In this document: in pieces, positions 1-14,285 of the stretch
Position numbering within the stretch: position 1 is the first letter of the stretch
Layout: every line of letters starts with the position of its first letter
Source: Haliotis rubra
Taxonomy: Eukaryota
Assembly: GCF_003918875.1 (NCBI RefSeq)
Contig: NW_025765780.1
Coordinates: forward strand, 2,914,001 to 2,978,000
Length of the DNA stretch: 64,000 bases
Reading direction: 5' to 3'
The notes under the pieces: model-generated
Database searches by the model: none
Told to the model about the DNA's origin: nothing
Seen by the model: only the letters and a program-made list of their open reading frames with translations
Made by a program: the position numbers and the translations under genes

Positions 1-73
1 TGAACGCCATCCGTTGGTACCATATGAATGGTATGAACATCATAGTCCACAACTGATAGACCACATGTCAGTG

Positions 74-195
74 GGTGAGTGAGTGAGTCTTGTGTTGCTG
101 TAGTAATTTTATTACATAGACACTAGAATTGGCTCCAAACATTGAACCTATGTGTGGCATAAAACCTTGACTTAATCCTTTACGTAACCACCCTC
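74..195 (-). mobile_element. Highly degenerate copy of tRNA-derived SINE family A
   Basis: (GAGT)n tail followed by 'acactagaattggctccaaacattgaacctatgtgtggcat', which resembles 'acaccagaaatgggcttcacacattgtacccatgtggggaat' in the intact copies. Confidence 0.35.
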
Positions 196-675
196 AATGG
201 TGTGAACACTAATTCACATTCGGTAACTTGGATATCAGCACTACCAGAAGCTCGCTCAATAAACAGCATCAACAACGGTTTCCTCGGTGATGTAACAGAT
301 GCCTGCAGCACAATCATTTGTCTGATATATTTTAGATTTGCTGAATATGAATATCAGCCATAAACATTTGAATTGCACGCCATCAAGGGGAGCTAAGTAT
401 GTTCAATGTGCGTAATACAACTGTCGCAATTGATCTTCATATGGTGAGAAAGCCCGGTATAATACTAAGCATGGAATAATTACATTGCTTTTAGCAATAT
501 TCCATCAACATAATGGTAGGAAACACAAGGAAATATTTGTTAAAGTAAGATGAGCAATGAATTCATAGGTTCAGTCATTCACACTCATTGTTTATCAGTG
601 CAGGACCAAATCATCAGAAGTTGTTGATTGTCAATTATTTCATGTCATTTGTTTGTTGTTTAACATCATCGTCTT

Positions 676-1164
676 CCTGCCATGTGACCCTGCCATGTGG
701 CCGGACCCTGCCATGTGACCCTGCCATGTGGCCCTGCCATGTGACCGGACCCTGCCATGTGGCCGGACCCTGCCATGTGACCCTGCCATGTGACCGGACC
801 CTGCCATGTGGCCCCTGCCATGTGCCATGGACCCTGCCATGTGACCGGACCCTGCCATGTGGCCGGACCCTGCCATGTGACCCTGCCATGTGACCGGACC
901 CTGCCATGTGGCCGGACCCTGCCATGTGGCCGGACCCTGCCATGTGACCCTGCCATGTGGCCGGACCCTGCCATGTGACCCTGCCATGTGGCCGGACCCT
1001 GCCATGTGGCCCGACCCTGCCATGTGACCCTGCCATGTGGCCCGACCCTGCCATGTGACCCTGCCATGTGGCCGGACCCTGCCATGTGACCCTGCCATGT
1101 GGCCCGACCCTGCCATGTGACCCTGCCATGTGGCCCGACCCTGCCATGTGACCCTGCCATGTGA
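676..1164. repeat. GC-rich minisatellite with interspersed 13 bp (CCCTGCCATGTGA) and 18 bp (CCCTGCCATGTGRCCSGA) units
   Basis: Core CCCTGCCATGTG is directly repeated about 30 times; this explains ORFs 588..1205. Confidence 0.97.
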
Positions 1165-4100
1165 AGCACCAAGTCAGAACCAGTGGTTGATGTCATGAGC
1201 AACAACTCACACCATTTGATGAGGACATGGAATCACCCAAGTCCACCGGATCCATTCAAACACAATTACCAAATTGCACTGACAAGCCATGAGGGTTTAT
1301 CCATAGTTAATAGATCCATTCTTAGCTTACGCATTGGGACATACATGCTTAGACCTGAAGTTACAACAGCCCAACCAGCAGTATCTATTTGTATGATATG
1401 AGGACGAGACTTTATATGGTGAAATTGCCTTAAGAGAACTCTTCGTTTGGAAAGTAGCACCATAAGTCACACATTCTGTATAAATGAACCCATTCAGGAG
1501 TATGGGTTTGAATTCACAACACAAATCTTTCACAACTCCTGTATACTCTAGAACTACAGCTCTCACTACAGTTACTCCCACTGATACACTGCAACATGAA
1601 CACGATAAATCATACTAACAAAGATACAGTGTATTTATAAATGACAACAGTGCAGCCAGACTTATGGTAGTTGTAACTAAACCAGAAATATCAACTGAGT
1701 GAGTTTTAATATTGATATCAATATCAATGCATAATACATAGGTAAGCTCAACTCTTTGAAGAGAACCAAATCAAGGAATTCTGTAAGATCAGTGAACACT
1801 TGTACAGCAGGGCTACCCCATACCAAGAACTGTGTCATTGTGACCAAATAATCCTGCTTTGCCTGCTAACACAACAACTAAGTACCAAGTACTGATTCCT
1901 GAACAGAACAATAAACACAGACCATGTAGACATCCTTGCAGAACACCATTACTGTTATACAATTTCTGTGTTTGTGTGTAATATTCAAAAACTATGAAAT
2001 AAACAAATCTAAGTCATATGTAGTAAACAGTCTTCTATTCCACTTCTAGTAATATTCACCAAGCATGCGTTCAGGTATGTTATACTTATGTCATTGTAGG
2101 ATGAACACTTGTTGCCTTTAGTGTGGAGCCCATTCTTTTCATTTCACGTAAAATGCAAAACCTGTTACCAGCCCATTATGATTGCAAATATAATCCTGTT
2201 TGGTGACCTAGTAAAACTTACTAGCTTAATAACACATACATATAAATCATCAGGGTTTAGTTTTAACACAATGCCGAATCTTGTAAGTATTTGAAACGAC
2301 TAATGGATTCAAATTTCAACACATTCCTAATGAAATCCACCAGTTCACAGCAGATTTTAAATCATGTCCAAAGTAATAAAATGATTCTAAAACATACACG
2401 TTTTGTATTACTCAAATATGAAACTCACAGCAGAGAAAAAAAATTATTGGGAGTTCAAACTTTCTGATCTAATCTAATTCAAACTGTTATCACATGAGAA
2501 CAAGTTATCAGGTGAATATATATCATTGCACGCAGCACACTACTCCGGTATAACTAGCAAATGAATGTTTCATATGGGAAACACTGAATATGAAACACCT
2601 TGAAACTATGACGTGCTTACACAATGAAAGAGGCTTTTACAAACATATAATGACAACAAGAAGTTTCAGTAGAACATAGTAACCAAAAAAACCCAATCCT
2701 ACCTGTGGAACACGACAGTATGCTGAGACATACTCGTATAACTGGAGGTTAGATAACATGTCGAGCAGAACATTCCTACTGCAATGCCGGTGTTACGATG
2801 ATCTGAATTTTTAACAGGCCGAGCTATTAACGCAATGCATGTGATAACAACTTACTATGCAAGTGTTCACAGACCAAGCTTCTCTTGGATGTGCAATCCT
2901 TGTTGAAAATATGCGTTCTGTCAAAAATTATGACATATGCATCAAGAACAGCTGTCAGAGGAGCAAGCTAACAAAAGCCGTGTTAAAAAGAATAATAAAT
3001 TTGTGTTATTTTGATTTGAACTAATTAGTTTTGCACTGTGTATGCTCTTCTTCAGCGTCCTGTTGGAAGGCAAAGAGTTGTTGCTTTTCAGTTTGTGCGC
3101 ATACTTTTAAACATTATTCTACATTAAATCCAAAAAAGGAATTTCAGAAAAGCCATTGTATGAAAGGTCAGGGCCATGTTTTAGACAAATAAAAACCAAA
3201 TATTAGTATGGTACATGAACCGTAATGGTGGAATGTTTTCTATTTTTTATTTATAGGTCAGGATAATGTGTCAAAGTCAGTGAACTGTTTTAAATTTGGG
3301 GAAAATGGAAATAATATTCCTTTCATTTCGAATTTAAAAAAAGGATCATCCACATTTTTAAAAGGTTTTATCTCAGACTTATGAATATTTACGTGTAATA
3401 GCTGACAAATATAAAACATGTCTTTAAGCTTATATAGGTTTCTTTATCCGAAGATGTGTTTGTCCATATCTGAATTTACATCTATCCTCTTACTCTAACA
3501 TCTCAAAAGAATTCTAATTAAGATAACATTATTTATACATCATGTATTCTCCCCAGGGAGTTGAGGTTGATAAAATTCTCCAGAAGGAATGTAGCTTATA
3601 CTGTTTGTTGTTGATGTTCTTATTTGAAGGGAATAAAAAAAACCCAGAAATTCTGCTCCAAAATCTTACATGTCTGTACATTACTCCAAAACTATTGTGT
3701 GCTTTTAAAAAAACAATGAAAACTTGCAGCTATGGAGAGAATGACATGTATATTTGATGCAAAACTACCCATATGGAATTAATTGCCACTACTCTAAGTG
3801 TGCATACCATTTCTTTTGTCTCTGGTCACAATGTTTTCTTTTATAATGTAAGCTTACACTGCAAAACAATCTTCAAAAGATGTAAATTTGACTCATATGT
3901 CTGTATTTTACTGACCAAATGCAAATACATACATTTTTTCAGCTATTGCAATGCTTACTTGAGCAGAACTATAAGTAAAAATGTGAAACAAGAAATTGGG
4001 CAAAATTGTACATTTAGTTTTAACATGGGTTATGTTTTGTACTTGTTGAAATGTGCAATGTTGCTATAATGTATAACTGTTTCTGGTTTGATAAGATCTG

Positions 4101-4197
4101 TCTCATATTCATATCCAGTCTTTGGGTTACAATTAAAAGACAAACATTTTGACTATTTTCTTTGACTCAAAGCATTTAGTCTTTATCAAGGTCACAA

Positions 4198-4357
4198 NNN
4201 NNNNNNNNNNNNNNNNNNNNNNNNNNNNNNNNNNNNNNNNNNNNNNNNNNNNNNNNNNNNNNNNNNNNNNNNNNNNNNNNNNNNNNNNNNNNNNNNNNNN
4301 NNNNNNNNNNNNNNNNNNNNNNNNNNNNNNNNNNNNNNNNNNNNNNNNNNNNNNNNN
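4198..4357. other. Assembly gap (160 N)
   Basis: Run of N. Confidence 1.
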
Positions 4358-4406
4358 TAACACAACCATATGACAGCTTCTTGGTAGCAGTTATAAATAT
4401 ATTTAC

Positions 4407-4573
4407 TGAGTAAGTGAGTGAGTCTGGTTTTACGCCGCTTTAAGCGATATTCCAGCAATATCATAGTGGGGACACCAGAAACGGCTTCACGCATTGCACC
4501 CCTGTGGGGATTCAAACCTGGGTCTTCTGCGTGATGAGCGATTGCTTTAACCACCAGACTACCACACTATCCC
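4407..4573 (-). mobile_element. tRNA-derived SINE family A
   Basis: Full-length match to the 32596-32764 copy; B-box-like GGTTTGAATCC on the minus strand; (GAGT)n tail. Confidence 0.85.
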
Positions 4574-6861
4574 ACCAAGACCCAAGAGAATAAATTAAGA
4601 AATCAAACAAGTCTATAAAGATTTGTCAAGTCTCGATTAAGTTTGAAATTAAGCATTCCTTTCAATTATGTTGAAAGACACCTGATCAATTTATACCTGA
4701 CTTTACAAGCAGGTATTGCATAACATTACGTCACCTATGAAACAATGTATCATTGTCCCATTCTAACTCATGTTCACATTAATATAAATATACTAAATCA
4801 TGTTTACAATTGACATTATGAATCTTGCAAGGGTGTTTTGTGAATATGAAACAGTATAATTATGTCATCAAAGAGATTAGCTTTCATACCTTGGTCCAAT
4901 TTTAATTTTCACATGGCTTCTACAAAGCTAAACTGAAATTTAAGTTCTCAAGAGGAACATTCTCAAAACATATTTTTAAAACTGAAGACGGTATATCAAT
5001 ACTAAATCTTTTCAGACAAAGATATTGTGCCATTTTATATCTTACTTACTACTAATATCTTTACCAAAATGTGCTTTTCATAATTTTCCCCTTTAAAAAG
5101 TATTAAAGTTTAGTTTTTTTTAAAGTTTGACTTTTGTCAGCAGAACAACAAAAAAAGCACACTATCAACAACCTTCAATGCCCTTTTGTTAAAACAAGAA
5201 TGACCATTGGCTACCATGTGCTTTATAATACAGAATTAAAAGTCCCTTACTCTCATACTTTGCAACACCATAAAAAACGAAAGTTTCTTTACATTAGCAC
5301 AACCAATATCACAGATAAAGCATATCCCTGAAAAATTTCAAAACAAAAGTAAAAAATATTCCAAAATGAAAATCAAACCTAAAACAGCCTTGAGTGTTCT
5401 AATAGAAATAACTACATAATTTACCCTCACATTCTTTATGAAATACATTCAACAACAAAATAACATAGTAGGATATAAAAGATCAGGTACATGTACTTTC
5501 TATAGGTTAAAACATAAGACAGTGTGCCTTTAAGCCCCACAGACTGTAGACAGGTGGCGGGTAGATTATCTTCTCTGGATTAGACCTGACATGGTTTAAA
5601 GCACACAGACAGTCGTTGAATTCCAAAGAGCATAGGCAGACTTGCAGTAACCTATGTGACAGGCCTACACGCTTCACAACACTTAAAGGAGAGACTCTTG
5701 GTTCACATTCATGTTTGCTGGGTCACCACGACCTGGGACACACAAGCTCATGGAGTATATACTCTAGGCTGTAGCTATCCTCTTCAACATAGCTCTGATC
5801 CACCTACTGGGTCTATTTAAATAAAGGTTAATTCTGGATTGAAGTCTCAGGGAAAATGACACTTGGAAAGGGGAACATGTAAATTTATGTCTTAACATGT
5901 CACATTTTGGATATATGTTACCTTGCTCACTGACTATGAGAGAATCAACTGCATAAATTCATCCAGTATTCTAATCTTTGAATATGGCAAATAATCAAGT
6001 TGAATTATTTGTGAAACTTATTTCTGATTGTATCTGCTGTGTTTATACAATCTGTCCAGTATCAGTACTATCTCAATATTTAACATCTCAACAAGGACAC
6101 TGTTTTCACCATAGATTTTCATGAAATATGTTTGTTACAGATTCTAAAGAAATACAACAAACATCTTTAAGTATTCTTACTTTTCATGAAAATGTTTACA
6201 ACTTGTAATAGCAACTTGCAATAGCAATCACCGCTCTGCTGGGTACCTGAGTTGACTTTTTACTATTAAGATGTAAAAAATAACAACTGTTGGCTGGATG
6301 ATATATATATTTGACAAAAACTACAGAATATTGTTTTCCTTTTTCCCACCTTAGCAATATGTACACAAGTATTTCTTTTACTAATAAAAAATATATTAAA
6401 AACAGCAGATTGGTTAGTTTCATGCATAATATAACCTTCATATTTATATTATTCTTTATAATTCATGAACTATCATTATCGTTAAGGTTGTTAACTTGTA
6501 ACAATCCTAACTGGTGCTTACATTTAACAGATTACTTGAAACCTCCCCAAATGCAATAAACCTTAGCTTCAGTACAACATTTAAGAGATCACATTTTCTG
6601 CAAAAACTATTTGAGAAGCTATCATAGCTAAGCATGAACACATTCAAAGTTTACTCTTTATCAAGTGAACAATTCTCTTGTAATTTTAGACACAGAATAT
6701 GCCCTGAAGAAAAAAAAATAAAAAAATTTATAATGCATTTGAAGATGTTTTTAACAGCTTCTGAGACACTAGTAATAAAAATCATTTATGGAATATTTTA
6801 TCAAAAATTGTAACCATCAACATTTTAGTAATGTTGCATGATTTGGACAGTGTGAAAAGTA

Positions 6862-7006
6862 GAATGAGTGAATGAATATTGTTTTGTGCTGGTTTTTACT
6901 TCAGCCAATATCATAGTGACACCAACAGTGGTCTTCACAGAATATATCTGTGGGAGATCAAACCGCGCAGCAAATGCCTTTACCACTCAGATACAATATC
7001 AACCCC
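6862..7006 (-). mobile_element. Degenerate SINE family A copy
   Basis: Residual motifs caatatcatagtgacacc, cttcacag, tgtgggagatcaaacc and tttaccact occur in the same order as in intact copies. Confidence 0.5.
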
Positions 7007-7051
7007 AGTGGGCCAAAATATACACAATGTTAAAACATAAATACTAAAATC

Positions 7052-7572
7052 CATCTGTCTGCCTTTTGTCTGTCTGTCTGCCTGTCTGTTTTTGTGTCTG
7101 TACATCTGCTTTTCTGTCTGTCTGTCTGTTTTTGTGTCTGCCTTTGTCTGTACATCTGCTTTTCTGTCTGTCTGTCTGTTTTTGTGTCTGCCTTTCTGTC
7201 TGTACATCTGCCTTTCTTTCTGTCTGTCTGCCTGTCTGCCTCCCTGTCTGTCTATCTGTCTGCCTCCCTGTCTGTCAGTCTGTCTGCCTCCCTGTATGTC
7301 TGTCTGTCTGCCTCCCTGTCTGTCTACCTCCCTGTCTGTCAGTCTGTCTCCCTGTCTGTCTCCCTGTATGTCTGTCTGTCTGCCCCCCTGTCTGGCTACC
7401 TCCCTGTCTGTCAGTCTGTCTGCCTCCCTGTCTGTCTGCTATCCTGTATGTATGTCTGTCTGCCTCCCTGTCTGTCTGCCTCAGTGTCTGTCTGTCTATC
7501 TATCTGTCTGCCTCCCTGTCTGTCTGCTACCCTGTATGTATGTCTGTCTGCCTCCCTGTCTGTCTGCCTCAG

Positions 7573-7605
<33 letters not shown>

Positions 7606-7706
7606 GTCTGCCTCCCTGTCTGTCTGTCTCCCTGTCTGTGCATGTATGTCTCTCCTTCCTCCTTTGCTGACTGCATGTCTGTGTTTGTGTCTGTGTCTGT
7701 GTGTTT
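7052..7706. repeat. Imperfect (TGTC)n tetranucleotide microsatellite
   Basis: Continuous TGTC/TCTG repeats interrupted by CCTCCC; source of the CLSV-type ORFs. Confidence 0.95.
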
Positions 7707-9287
7707 ATCCTTCATTACTCATGACAATTGTACTCTCTCTTCAAGTATATTGCTTGTCGAGTCTACCAACCAACTCCAAATGTCAACTTAACCTCACACA
7801 GCATAGCTGAGTTGGTCTTAAGATAACTTATGAATGCCACAGAAATATACCAATGTGTCTCCATTGTCAAGTATGTAGTTGATTTATTCACCATTTAATA
7901 GCCATTCTTCTTGCTTACGTTTTTTTAATGATGGTTAGGCATGTTAAAGCATGTTGGGCTGGAGGTCGCCTTGTGCACTCAGGTGTAATGTCTTAACGTC
8001 CGGGCCTGAATTTTAGTGAGTTTTAACTTTTAGTGACCTAGTTTAAATTTAAATAGCACAACAGCCCAAAAATGGATGAACATTAAGTTTTAATGGTGAT
8101 GTGGATGTGTAATTTCTTTTGAAAATTTTACATAGTGAAATTTACATTTTTTTTGAAAACTGAATGCTTCAGACCGAAACAATTTTGTGAAGGAATCTAA
8201 TGAAATCTGATAGTACTCCATTTGATGTTTTACAAGGACTCAGAACAGATGTTCATTCAGTTCATATTTCAACACAAACTTGAATAATCTTTCCAAAGTT
8301 CACACTTAAACAGCTCTTTGAGTTTGATGATTGCTTTCACAGAGAAGAAACTATTAAGATCCTTGTCCAGTGGTAACAAAGTAAATTCACTATCAAAATT
8401 TGAACATTCAAATTAAAATATTCCAAAGCTCACCTTATACAATTAAATGAGTAAACAATTTTATTAACAGTCATAAACTTTAATTGCAGTTATTGTGACA
8501 AAAGTGGTTTTCTTAATTCACATTTCACCCAAAACTTTCAAACTTCAACTTTTTCCAAATCTGCACACTGAAACAGGATATATAGTCAGTTAATCACTTT
8601 CAAAAAGAAAAACCCTATTATGGGTAGTAACATATTAAACTCACAAACAAATGCTTAATGTAGCATGTTTTAGCATCTTTGATATGAGAATAAAACACTG
8701 ATTATAAAAAATGACTTTTTTTCAAGTCATATACAAATCTTGTTTTCATATTTACAATGACCCCTATGCCGAAAAGATCAATCTGAGCCAATTTGATGCA
8801 ACTATTTATCAATAGATGTCCATGCATCATGGCTTCAGAACACCTGGTGTCATCACAATATCAGTAGCCCTCTGTTTTCTTAAACCCTTTTCAGTTTGAC
8901 AGAGATGAACAAATATGAATTCTTAACATATTGGCTTTCATTATGGGCTAAAACAGCTTCAGAATGTGTCAGAATCGCATTAAAATATTGCTACAATAGA
9001 AGATAAGTTACATCAATAAAAACCTTTGTTGTTGTTTTGTATCTTTGCAGTAGGTTGTAAATATAGCTATTAAACAACCTAAAGCTAAAGAATGTTTAAA
9101 ATGTTGGCGACATGTGGGTGCAGGCTGAAATATATCATTGCAATTCAATGCCACCTTATAACAAGTTGTTGAGTTTGTGGACAGGATATGTTCCCCTTCT
9201 TGAACACCTTGTATCATCACAAGTCATTCATAAACACATTCTCATGACAGTCTGAATTGTACGTTTACCTCTGAAATTAACAGACTT

Positions 9288-9650
9288 CTTCCAGACGTGG
9301 AAAGGGTTTTGTGGCACTTATTGTATTGTCAAATATTGTCATCTGACATAAAACATCAAAGAAGATCTTTGTATTTAGTAATATTTCTTAATGTTTGAAA
9401 TTTTTGTTCAACCTTCTATAAAGCTCTCTTTTAGGTTTTCGTGAACACTAATAACTTCTTCATGACTGGATCAGTTCCCCATCACATTTTAAGAAAAGAC
9501 GTGTGTGTAGAGAACATACATTTTAACATCCTGTTATGGCTTTTAAACTCTTTGTTTTTTTGTGTAAGTTATTTCTTTTCAATTGCTGCAATTCTGAGGA
9601 ATATTTACATCTGCTACAATTATGACATGTTCACAATGAGTTTCAGTGAA
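9288..9650. repeat. Dispersed ~360 bp repeat, copy 1 (probable old transposon fragment)
   Basis: Collinear with 14798-15158; shared strings include aaacatcaaagaa, tttgtatttagtaatatttct, tagagaacatacattt, tatggcttttaaactct and aatatttacatctgctacaattatgaca. Confidence 0.85.
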
Positions 9651-9974
9651 ATAATGTGTTAAATGATATAAACCATTTTTTGTTGTACAACCTATTTGGC
9701 TAATGTTCCTTTGGTACACCTGCTTTATTTTGGAACGTTTATGTCCCAGTTCTGATCACAGTTCTGACTATTTGAGCTGCGTAGTTGAGGCTGATAAACC
9801 TGTTTCATGACAGGGGTATATATTATGATTTGACTCATGGTGGCAGAACACCCCAATGACAAATGTTGTTCATGCAGTCCCCCTCTGTATGTCTGGCCAT
9901 TATATATTTCACAGACCATGTGATATTGCAGGAATATTACTGATATAGAGAAACATCTACACTTTTGAGTGATA

Positions 9975-12900
9975 TCCTACATATCACCACTGTTTCTATA
10001 TTCTGCATACCAACTCTATCCTACTTATCACCACTGTTTCTATCTTCTTCATACCAACTCTATCCTACTTATCACCACTGTTTCTATCTTCTTCATACCA
10101 ACTCCATCCTACTTATCACCAGTTTCTATATTCTGCATACCAACTCCATCCTACTTATCACCACTGTTTCTATATTCTGCATACCAATTCTATCCTACTT
10201 ATCACCACTGTTTCTACATTCTGCATACCAACTCCATCCTACTTATCACCACTGTTTCTATATTCTGCATACCCACTCCATACCTACTTATCACCACTGT
10301 TTCTATCTTCTGCATACCAACTCCATCCTACTTATCACCAGTTTCTATCTTCTGCATACCAACTCCATCCTACTTATCACCACTGTTTCTATCTTCTGCA
10401 TACCAACTCCATCCTACTTATCACCACTGTTTCCATATTCTGCAAACCAACTCCATCCTACTTATCACCACTGTTTCTATATTCTGCATACCAACTCCAT
10501 CCTACTTATCACCACTGTTTCTATATTCTGCATACCAATTCTATCCTACTTATCACTGTTATTTCTACATTCTGCATACCAACTCCATCCTACTTATCAC
10601 CACTGTTTCTATATTCTGCATACCCACTCCATACTACTTATCACCACTGTTTCTATATTCTGCATACCAACTCTATCCTACTTTTCACCACTGTTTCTAT
10701 ATTCTGCATACCAACTCCATCCTACTTATCACCACTGTTTCTATATTCTGCATACCAACTCCATCCTACTTATCACCACTGTTTCTATATTCAGCATACC
10801 AACTCCATCCTACTTATCACCACTGTTTCTATATTATGCATACCAACTCCATCCTACCTATCACCACTGTTTCTATATTCTGCATACCAACTCCATCCTA
10901 CTTATCACCACTGTTTCTATATTATGCATACCAACTCCATCCTATCTATCACCACTGTTTCTATTTTCTGCATACCAACTCCATCCTACTTATCACCACT
11001 GTTTCTATATTATGCATACCAACTCCATCCTACTTATCACCACTGTTTCTATCTTCTGCATACCAACTTCATCCTACTTATCACCACTGTTTCTATCTTC
11101 TGCATACCAACTCCATCCTACTTATCACCACTGTTTCTATATTCTGCATACCAACTCCATCCTACCTATCACCACTGTTTCTATATTCTGCATACCAACT
11201 CCATCCTACTTATCACCACTGTTTCTATATTCTGCATACCAACTCCATCCTACCTATCACCACTGTTTCTATATTATGCATACCAACTCCATCCTACCTA
11301 TCACCACTGTTTCTATTTTCTGCATACCAACTCCATCCTACTTATCACCACTGTTTCTATATTATGCATACCAACTCCATCCTACTTATCACCACTGTTT
11401 CTATCTTCTGCATACCAACTCCATCCTACTTATCACCACTGTTTCTATATTATGCATACCAACTCCATCCTACTTATCACCACTGTTTCTATATTCTGCA
11501 TACCAATTCTATCCTACTTATCACCAGTTTCTATATTCTGCATACCAACTCCATCCTACTTATCACCACTGTTTCTATATTCTGCATACCAACTCCATCC
11601 TACTTATCACCACTGTTTCTATATTCTTGCATACCAACTCCATCCTACTTATCACCACTGTTTCTATATTCTGCATACCAACTCCATCCTACTTATCACC
11701 ACTGTTTCTACATTCTGCATACCAACTCCATCCTACTTATCACCACTGTTTCTATATTCTGCATACCCACTCCATACTACTTATCACCACTGTTTCTATC
11801 TTCTGCATACCAACTCCATCCTACTTATCACCACTGTTTCTATCTTCTGCATACCAACTCCATCCTACTTATCACCACTGTTTCTATATTCTGCATACCA
11901 ATTCTATCCTACTTATCACCACTGTTTCTACATTCTGCATACCAGCTCCATCCTACTTATCACCACTGTTTCTATATTCTGCATACCCACTCCATACTAC
12001 CTATCACCACTGTTTCTATATTCTGCATACCAACTCCATCCTACTTTTCACCACTGTTTCTATATTCTGCATACCAACTCCATCCTACTTATCACCACTG
12101 TTTCTATATTCTGCATACCAACTCCATCCTACTTATCACCACTGTTTCTATATTCTGCATACCAACTCCATCCTACTTATCACCACTGTTTCTATATTCT
12201 GCATACCAACTCCATCCTACTTATCACCACTGTTTCTATATTATGCATACCAACTCATCCTACTTATCACCACTGTTTCTATATTCTGCATACCAATTCT
12301 ATCCTACTTATCACCAGTTTCTATATTCTGCATACCAACTCCATCCTACTTATCACCACTGTTTCTATATTCTGCATACCAACACCATCCTACTTATCAC
12401 CAGTTTCTATATTTCTGCATACCAACTCCATCCTACCTATCACCACTGTTTCTATATTATGCATACCAACTCCATCCTACCTATCACCACTGTTTCTATA
12501 TTCTGCATACCAACTCCATCCTACTTATCACCACTGTTTCTATATTCTGCATACCAACTCTATCCTACCTATCACCACTGTTTCTATATTCTGCATACCA
12601 ACTCCATCCTACTTATCACCACTGTTTCTATATTCTGCATACCAGCTCCATCCTACCTATCACAACTGTTTCTATATTCTGCATACCAACTCTATCCTAC
12701 TTATCACCACTGTTTCTATATTATGCATACCAACTCAATCCTACTTATCACCACTGTTTCTATATTATGCATACCAATTCTATCCTACTTATCACCAGTT
12801 TCTATATTCTGCATACCAACTCCATCCTACTTATCACCACTGTTTCTATATTCTGCATACCAACTCCATCCTACTTATCACCAGTTTCTATATTCTGCAT

Positions 12901-13170
12901 ATCAACTCCATCCTACCTATCACCACTGTTTCTATATTCTGCATACCAACTCCATCCTACTTATCACCACTGTTTCTATATTCTGCATACCAACTCCATC
13001 CTACTTATCACCACTGTTTCTATATTCTGCATACCAACTCCATCCTACTTATCACCACTGTTTCTATATTCTGCATACCAATTCTGTCCTACATATCATC
13101 ATTGTTTCTATATTCTACATATCAATTCTATCCTACATATCATGTTCTTTCTATCTTCTACATACCAACT
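9975..13170. repeat. 44 bp minisatellite, about 72 copies (CTGCATACCAACTCCATCCTACTTATCACCACTGTTTCTATATT)
   Basis: Period 44 (e.g. 10141 to 10185), with 41 bp deletion variants; the unit has no stop codon in any + frame, which produces the 768-1102 aa spurious ORFs. Confidence 0.98.
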
Positions 13171-13679
13171 CTACACTTATTTACACATAGCTTATATATC
13201 TGCTATTCAGAAGACCATTTCAATAAATAATCAATCATTACCTTACCACAAAATATTAAAATATATTTCATAACAGTTACCTTTCATAACTGTTACCAGT
13301 GACATATATTTAACCTTGGTCATACTGTAACATTTCAATAACTTATATAACAATATATATATATTGAGCACATCAGTGGGCAAGATAGAATTCCAATCAT
13401 ATTACGATGCTGTTTTTATGTAATAATATTTAATAAACAAAATTTTTCACAATCACTCATCTGCATGGCTTTCATCCTATTTTTGATTAGCAATTTGTAG
13501 TAGATTACATTTTGGATACACACAAGCTTGATGATTCAATTGATCTGTGTCAATGTTTCTACATCAATGAAGCTCTTGTAAGTCAACTGAACTGACAACT
13601 CCCTTTAACCAGCTTTGTAATTTCTTTCACGAACTCACAGGACTGTTTTTTGTATTAAAATTATGAAAAAGTGTCAATG

Positions 13680-13810
13680 GGTGAGTGAGTTGTGCTTGAT
13701 GCTGCTTTGATGTTTGTTTGTTGTTTAATGGTGCACTCAGCAATATCTGAGCTATATGACGCGGTGTAAATAATCAAGTCTGGATCAGACAACCCAGTGA
13801 CTGACGTCAT
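13680..13810 (-). mobile_element. 3' fragment of short retroposon family B
   Basis: gctatatgacgcggtgtaaataatcaagtctggatcagacaacccagtga matches 24115-24166. Confidence 0.7.
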
Positions 13811-13837
13811 CTTCCATCCAACTCCTTCAGACATTCT

Positions 13838-14285
13838 CTCAACCTCCCGCAACCCTTCCCTCAACTTCCCTTAACCCTTCCCTCAACCTCCCACAACCCT
13901 TCCCTCAACCTTTCCCTCAACCTCCCGCAACCCTTTCCTCAACCCTCCCCTCAACCCTTTCCTTAACCTCCAATAGATATTATCTCAATATTTCAGACAT
14001 TCCCTCCACCTCCCTCAGACATTCCCTCCACCTCCCTCAGACCTCAGACATTCCCTCCACCTCCCTCAGACATTCCCTCACCTCCCTCCACCTCCCTCAG
14101 ACATTCCCTCCACCTCCCTCCCTCAGACATTCCCTCCACCTCCCACCTCCCCCTCAGACATTCCCTCCACTCCACCTCCCTCAGACATTCCCTCCACCTC
14201 CCTCAGACATTCCCTCCACCTCCCACAGACATTCCCTCCACCTCTCTCAGACATTCCCTCCACCTCCCTCAGACATTCCCTCCTC
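13838..14285. repeat. C-rich tandem repeats: CAACCCTTCCCT-type block, then a 22 bp CCCTCAGACATTCCCTCCACCT array
   Basis: Direct repetition. Confidence 0.93.

Noticed and set aside
676-1164. CRISPR-like repeat/spacer pattern
   Set aside because: Intervening sequences are 1-6 bp and recurrent rather than unique spacers; eukaryotic context and no cas genes
1331-1589. Cys-rich EGF-like minus-strand exon (CISGSNCSESCSS...)
   Set aside because: The Cys-rich frame stops after about 24 codons and rests on a short ACTACAG repeat; the longer open frame resembles nothing I recognise
9965-13273. 1102, 1073 and 768 aa ORFs as protein-coding genes
   Set aside because: Translations of a 44 bp stop-free satellite; overlapping frames give the same cyclic peptide, with no unique domain
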